Assembly: GCF_006345805.1 (NCBI RefSeq)
Contig: NW_021825705.1
Location: 1-14,680 of the forward strand
Source: Octopus sinensis
Lineage: Eukaryota
Direction: 5' to 3'
DNA: 14,680 nt
The notes under the pieces were generated by a model. That model ran no database searches. It saw only the letters and a program-made list of their open reading frames with translations, and was not told the DNA's origin. The translations under genes and the position numbers were made by a program. Of this stretch, positions 9,352 to 14,680 are shown in pieces; position 1 is the first letter of the stretch, and each line of letters starts with the position of its first letter.

Positions 9352-9641
9352 CTTAAAAATAGATTAATCCCAATAGGCAACAATATTCAAATATGTTTGG
9401 AGAAAGGCAAGAGTTGAAGAGAATTTAAAGTCTATACAAACTTAGATGAAGTATCCAACTTACACGAACGCACTCAAGCATACACGCACGCACGCACGCT
9501 CAAACACAGAGTGGAACCCTCACACACGCGTATTTGTTATTCGGAGATATAACCATCATAAGGTACGTAACCATCCATTTAAAATTTGTGATCTGATTAA
9601 ATGTATATGTATTCACAGAGGATTCCATAAATTACACTTAG

Positions 9642-9723
9642 AATTTGGAAAATTCAGAAAAATTGCGTGCAAATAATGGAAGAACTGTTTTGCAGAATAC
9701 AGAAAAGAGAAAACCTACAAAAG
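9642..9723 (+). CDS. Candidate internal exon (phase 0 to 1)
   Basis: TTACACTTAG| then NLENSEKLRANNGRTVLQNTEKRKPTK, donor AAG|GTACAA. Purine-rich, but the acceptor is weak. Confidence 0.2.
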
Positions 9724-9749
9724 GTACAACTGTCATTATCAGTCCATCA

Positions 9750-9944
9750 GGAGGCCCGACGAAATTCATAACGGTATTTCGCCCGTCGCTACTTTCTGAG
9801 TTCAAATTCCACCGAGGTCGACTTCGCATTTCATCCTTTCGGAGTCGGTTAAATAAGTACCAGTGGAGTACGTGGGTCGATGTTATCGATTTACTCCCTC
9901 CCACAAAATTTTAGGCCTTGTGCTAACAGTACAACGGATTATTA
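9750..9944 (+). mobile_element. SINE family C, 5'-degenerate monomer
   Basis: CGGTATTTCG..TCTGAGTTCAAATTCCACCGAGGTCGACTT..TAAGTACCAG..GGCCTTGTGC matches 7779-7950. Confidence 0.88.
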
Positions 9945-10338
9945 AGTTCATCGGGAGTATTTATTTTAAACAAGCAATAGAATGAGAGAAAGAGAGAGAG
10001 AGAGAGAGAGAGTGAAACGAGCAGGATAAAAGAGAATTTCTGTCGTAAATTCGCTTAACAAAAATGAATTGCACAAAATTTTTTATCGTTATTCGTATGT
10101 AATCTCAATTCTGTTACGGATAATTAAACTAATCAATTCGTCTCCAGATACACTTTTATATACATGCATACCTATATACACCACACACACACACACACAC
10201 ACTCATACTTACATAGTTAAATATTATATGTGTCTGTCTAGATATGAAATTATATGTATAAGAATACATAAAACAGTCAAATCTGCACATATATACATAC
10301 ATGCATACATACATACATACATACATACAAACACAAAT

Positions 10339-10445
10339 ACTCTGTTGTTGATGTTGAAAATCCAATAAAGGAGACTCGGGTCTGGGTTAGAAACCGGTTC
10401 TTCCTCTATTGGCAAGAATATTTTAAATAAACTGAATAATGACAT
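10339..10445 (+). other. Short microsatellite-flanked repeat with degenerate hammerhead-like 3' half
   Basis: GAAACCGGTTC at 10390-10400 (GAAA plus palindromic ACCGGT) after a short stem; CUGANGA replaced by CCAATAA. Lies between (ATAC)n and (TA)n. Confidence 0.3.
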
Positions 10446-10535
10446 GCAGTATGTATATCTATCTATCTATATATATATTATATATATAAAAACATCTATA
10501 TGTATATATATATATATATATATAATATTATATTT

Positions 10536-10712
10536 CAACAATTGAGGGTAAAATTAATTAATTAATCAATTTCACCAAGTATTCAGTATGCAAAGGGACC
10601 ATTTAAGGCGAATTCAAATTATTACATTATATAAAAGGGCTTAAGAAAATAAATTACTTTGCCGCATGCGGCAAAGTAATTTATTTTACTAAGCCCTTTT
10701 ATATAATGTAAT

Positions 10713-10720
<8 letters not shown>
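10536..10720 (+). mobile_element. Hairpin-containing interspersed element, copy 3, with 100-bp spacerless palindrome
   Basis: Palindrome 10617-10716 centred on GCCGCA|TGCGGC with 48/50 pairs matched. Leader is homologous to the reverse complement of 270-370. (TA)n on both sides. Confidence 0.85.
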
Positions 10721-10766
<46 letters not shown>

Positions 10767-11667
10767 ATATATATAATATATAAACACACACACACACACA
10801 CAGACGATATCCTGAATTACACTTATACAAATAACTTTTAACAGTAGTGAAAAATATTTTTAAATGATTAAAATATGTGTACCTCAAAAAGTCAAAGTTT
10901 TTCTTTCTTGGAGAGCTTGAAGATTATATGAGGATATATGTCACAGACAGCGGACGTGTATTTATGTTGATTGACACGCCATAACATTCATTATATGTGT
11001 GTGTAGTGTGTGTATTCTGTATGTGTGTCTATGTGTTGATGTCACGGAAGCTATGTTCTTTTTCCGTCCAGAAATAACAAACAAAAATTTTGTTTAATCG
11101 TTTTCATTAATAAATAGATGTCCAAATATTACTAAAGTTATTATGCCGAAGTATGAAAATAAATACGCCAAAATTTAAGATAAACTATACTATTTCTGAG
11201 ATATTTCGGGTACAAACAAACATCTCTAGAGTTTTATATTATTAAGATTAGTGCCTCTAACTTATTCGTCGTGGAAATACGATACGATAAATCATTTCTA
11301 GTAAAAGAATAAAGAGATAAGGTGTGAAATAGTGTAACATTTGAACTACAGTGTAATAGAGCCTTGAATGGAATGCTATGTAATTGATTCTCGGTCAGTC
11401 ACTAATGGAAATTATCGATTTTTTTAATCATCAAGCAGGCGATATGTAATTGTATGAAAAACATGTACTTTCCCACCCAGAGCACATTCCGTTAGTTTGA
11501 TTTCCTCCATGCTTCCTTATAGGCAACTTTCCTTCATAGGGAATTGTGGTCTCGGATGTAAACTACAAGGCATTCGTCAAAGTTTGCATTTGTATCGCAC
11601 AAGATTAATTGTAATTGCTCAGTCATTTTCTTTACTACCCTACATTATCCATTGTATATCTAGTAAT

Positions 11668-11884
11668 AATATTTCGTATTTTAAACTTTGGAACAAGGCT
11701 ATTAATTTCGGTGAAGAGACAAGTTGCTTACATTGACCCTAGTACTCAACTGGTAATTATTTAATCTATCTTGGGGCATGAAAAACAATGTCGATTCTAG
11801 CGGCATTTGAACTCAGAACCTAAAGACGAACGAATTACCGCTAAGCATTTTGTGGCTAATGATTCTAGCAGTTGGCTACCTTAC
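11668..11884 (-). mobile_element. SINE family C, diverged monomer
   Basis: Plus strand shows the reverse complement motifs ATTTGAACTCAGAAC and TACCGCTAAGCATTT; head reads GTAAGGTAGCCAACTG on the minus strand. Confidence 0.85.
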
Positions 11885-11911
11885 TTCGCATTTTAATATT
11901 AATGTGTAAGG

Positions 11912-12253
11912 CAAGCGGCGAGCTGGCAGAAACGTTAGCACACTGGGCGAAATGTTTTGCCGTATTTCGTCTGCCGCTACGTTCTGAGTTCAAATTCCGC
12001 TGAGGCCGACTTTGCCTTTCATTTTTTTGGAGTCGATAAATTAAGGAACAGTTACGCACTGAGGTCCTTGTTTATCCTCTCTGTGTTTAGCCCCTTGTGG
12101 GTAATGTACAAATAGGTATTTCGTCTGCCTCTACGTTCTGAGTTCAAATTCCGCCGAGGTCGACTTTGCCTTTCATCTTTTCGGGGTCAACAAATTAGGT
12201 ACCGGTTGCGTACAGGGGTCAATCTAATCGACTGGTGCCCTGCAGTCGATTAG
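11912..12253 (+). mobile_element. SINE family C, dimer-like, with 17-bp TSD and fold-back 3' end
   Basis: GCGGCGAGCTGGCAGAAACGTTAGC head; two GAGTTCAAATTCCG boxes; AATATTAATGTGTAAGG at 11895-11911 and 12254-12270. Confidence 0.92.
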
Positions 12254-12265
12254 AATATTAATGTG

Positions 12266-12415
12266 TAAGGTAGTGAGCTGGCAGAATCGTTAGCAGGCCA
12301 GCAAATATGCTTAGCGGTAATTCGTCACTCCTTACGTTCTGAGTTCAAATTCCACGAATCCGACTTCGTCTTTCCTCATTTCGCAGTCAAGAGAATAGGT
12401 ACCAGTTGAGTACAG
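12266..12415 (+). mobile_element. SINE family C, 3'-truncated older copy
   Basis: TAAGGTAGTGAGCTGGCAGAATCGTTAGC head; TTCTGAGTTCAAATTCC box. Confidence 0.85.
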
Positions 12416-12812
12416 CGAGGGCAGCTCGTTGCCAAAATACGAAACCGTTATTAATGTTGAACATTCCGTTTCCCATCATATAATAAACGATATAGTCAAT
12501 GTACTATTCGAGAGTGATTATTGATATTGAATAATTAAATTATAAGGAAATAATTATAAAGAACTTGGTGCAGTATTCTTTCTTCGAAATAATTACAGCG
12601 CTTCATCTTTAGTGGGGCTGCAAATAAGAAATTGTACCTCAAGTGTAATTCATATTGTTAATTTACGTTGAACAATTAAAATACAAAGGTACAAGTTCAA
12701 TGCTTCGTAGCACTATATTTTTCCTAATATTCCTATGGTTTCTACCATTGTTATACATTAGATGTTCAATGATAGTTAAATATAGATATGTATACAATCA
12801 TGGGTGTATATA

Positions 12813-13040
12813 TTGGGTTGGAATTTAATTATTGCGGCTTTTTTTCAACAAATGTTATTCAACAAAAACAATAACAATATTTAACAAAAACATCTTTAAA
12901 TGACGGTCTGACCGTCTGCCAATCAAAGGGGAAGCAGTAATTGAAGTAGATGGTGAATACGCTCCGTAATAATCAATTAAAGATGTTTTTGTAACATGTT
13001 ATTGTTTTTGTTGAAGAAAATTTGTTGAAAAAAAGCCGCA
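12813..13040 (+). mobile_element. Mariner-derived MITE with long inverted arms; right tip missing
   Basis: TA|TTGGGTTGG mariner-like terminus; inverted arms 12833-12899/12977-13040; core 12910-12969 encodes DRLPIKGEAVIEVDGEYAP*, matching the mariner C-terminal LP.RW..V....G.Y motif. Confidence 0.85.
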
Positions 13041-13106
13041 GTCCTTATATAAGTATACATACAAACTAGCGTGATTACTTTATATCTCCAATTATATGTG
13101 AGGTAT

Positions 13107-13108
<2 letters not shown>

Positions 13109-13140
<32 letters not shown>
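13109..13140. repeat. (GT)n microsatellite
   Basis: Directly visible. Confidence 0.97.
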
Positions 13141-13143
<3 letters not shown>

Positions 13144-13348
13144 GTTAAATTGACACAAGATTTTCAACATTCGGAGGTTAGTGCTACCATTTTAAACACA
13201 TGAAGTATTTGTATTTCACTTGAGTTGCATTATAAATTAATTCAAATACGTAATGATTTAATAAATGAATTTTTTTATAAAACTCATTTCGTCCCAACCT
13301 GTAACTGTATTTAAAGGCGTCCATGGCTGTTTCAAACTTCATACAAAT

Positions 13349-13629
13349 ATCTTTTATCTTTTATCGTTTAATTGTGTCAGTCATTGAATTGTGGCTGTGC
13401 TGGAACAGGGCCTTGAAAGATTTTTCCTTGAAAAAAGCAGCCCAAATACTGTTCTTTTTTTAAAACCCTACAACTCGTTCTATAGGCCTCTTATGTCGAA
13501 CTGCTAAGTTACGGGGAGGGGTAAACAAACCAACAGTAGTTGCTACGCGGTGAGGAGAGACACAAACACATGCACATATACAAACCCACCCACAAATACA
13601 CGTACACACAAACACAGAGGCATATACAT

Positions 13630-13662
<33 letters not shown>

Positions 13663-13844
13663 CATACACGCACGCACACGTATGCGACGGGCTTCTTTCT
13701 GTTTCCGTCTACTAAAGCACACAAGGCTTTTCGTCGCGCGCGGGTCTAAACTAGACGACACGTGCCCAAAGTGCCACTCAGTAGGATTGAACCCGATATT
13801 ACGTGGCTGTGGAACGAACTTTCTGCCACATAGCCATGCTGGCG
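13349..13844 (-). mobile_element. SINE family B, diverged copy
   Basis: Minus strand reads TGGCTATGTGG..GGGTTCAATCC..GTAGACGGAAACAGAAAGAAGCCCGTCG, then an internal microsatellite and an (AAAAGAT)n tail. Aligns to 2645-3048. Confidence 0.9.
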
Positions 13845-14084
13845 TATATATATGGAGAATGTGCAAGAGGAAACATCGTTTCCAATGAAGCCAGAGGCAT
13901 TACGTAATAGTTTTAACAAAACAAATAATCAATGAAATTATTTCCTTATAAGTCGACAGATTAACCGATAATTCCTTGAACATAAATAGAAACTGAATGG
14001 CATGTAGCACGTGCGATTTAATCGTTCACACCATGTGTTTTAACATAAAAATTCACAAGAATCTTGTAAAACCGAAATAAATTA

Positions 14085-14308
14085 CAAAAACATTCTAGAA
14101 CAACGAACCAAGAACACACAAAACACAGGGAACAGCGATTTATTGTATTTAGTGCCTGCTCTATACTCCATGACCTGATGAAATTAGGAATATTATTAGA
14201 TATTATTTGAAACAGATGCAGTCCACAATATCCATTCACATAAATATGCTATCAGCCTTATGTTATTCCTTCAGTGATGGGGGAGATAAATAACGCAAAT
14301 GTTCTGCT
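14085..14308 (+). mobile_element. Possible Penelope-like 3' end (GIY-YIG tail remnant plus hammerhead) ending in (TA)n
   Basis: ILE...KHREQRFI (14121-14144)...PAL resembles the C-terminal R..RE..FI....P.LN motif of PLE GIY-YIG domains, and is followed about 30 nt later by a hammerhead core. Confidence 0.45.
14172..14223 (+). ncRNA. Degenerate minimal type I hammerhead motif
   Basis: Stem I GAC/GTC; intact CTGATGA 14175-14181; weak AT-rich stem II; GAAA 14209-14212; ACAGATGC-A differs at two positions from the ACAGCTGT-A at 5641. Confidence 0.55.
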
Positions 14309-14329
14309 TATATATATATATATATATAT

Positions 14330-14680
14330 ACTAGCAGAGATACCTGGCGTTGCCCGTGTTACATGGAATTCAAGAATTAGACATTTCTTTTATATTTTCC
14401 CTAATGAACTGGAACACCTATGATTTGAATTTGGTCAAAATTGGAGATTAAGAATTATAATGGGGGTCTTTCTCTCTTTACACGCCCTAACAAAAATTCT
14501 AATTATGACATATTTATCCCATACTACTCATCTTTATGCCCAGATTCCAAAATCCAAATCTTGTAAATCCCATTCAAAGGCTTTTGTTCCTGAAACATGG
14601 AGCACATGGAGCTCTAAGATGTGGGAGTTACGGCCCCTATTATTGGGTGGGGGGGTCTTAGGGTTAGAGTTAGGTTTAGG
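14330..14680 (+). mobile_element. Non-autonomous Helitron/Helentron-like element, runs off the window
   Basis: Begins after (TA)n with ACTAGCAGAGATACCTGGCGTTGCCCG, resembling the ACTAG..ACCCGGCGTTGCCCG termini of invertebrate non-autonomous Helitron-type elements. Other end not visible. Confidence 0.5.

Noticed and set aside
11497-11736. 79-aa ORF or exon after a pyrimidine tract near 11522
   Set aside because: Non-ATG start, runs into a SINE, and has no convincing phase-compatible donor.

Overview
AT-rich, microsatellite-dense animal genomic DNA. The SINE types and repeat landscape resemble octopus (coleoid cephalopod) DNA, but that is my recognition, not a database result. Almost all supplied ORFs are microsatellite, minisatellite or SINE artefacts. 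Supported content: eight tRNA-derived SINE copies from three families, three with clear target-site duplications; a DD41D (rosa-type) Tc1/mariner derivative built from two inverted copies of its own 3' end; a second long-inverted-repeat mariner MITE; a Tc1/mariner 5' fragment; a Helitron-like end; and degenerate Penelope-like retroelement pieces (RT motifs, a possible GIY-YIG tail) with minimal hammerhead ribozyme motifs. There are also three diverged copies of an unclassified microsatellite-associated element with a long hairpin whose arms match within each copy, and a near-perfect 15 x 33-bp minisatellite. A low-confidence chain of phase-compatible + strand exons, possibly a secreted Ig-like protein, runs from about 4.0 to 9.7 kb, and the minisatellite starts exactly at one of its candidate splice acceptors. 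No rRNA, true tRNA, CRISPR or confidently nameable gene was found.
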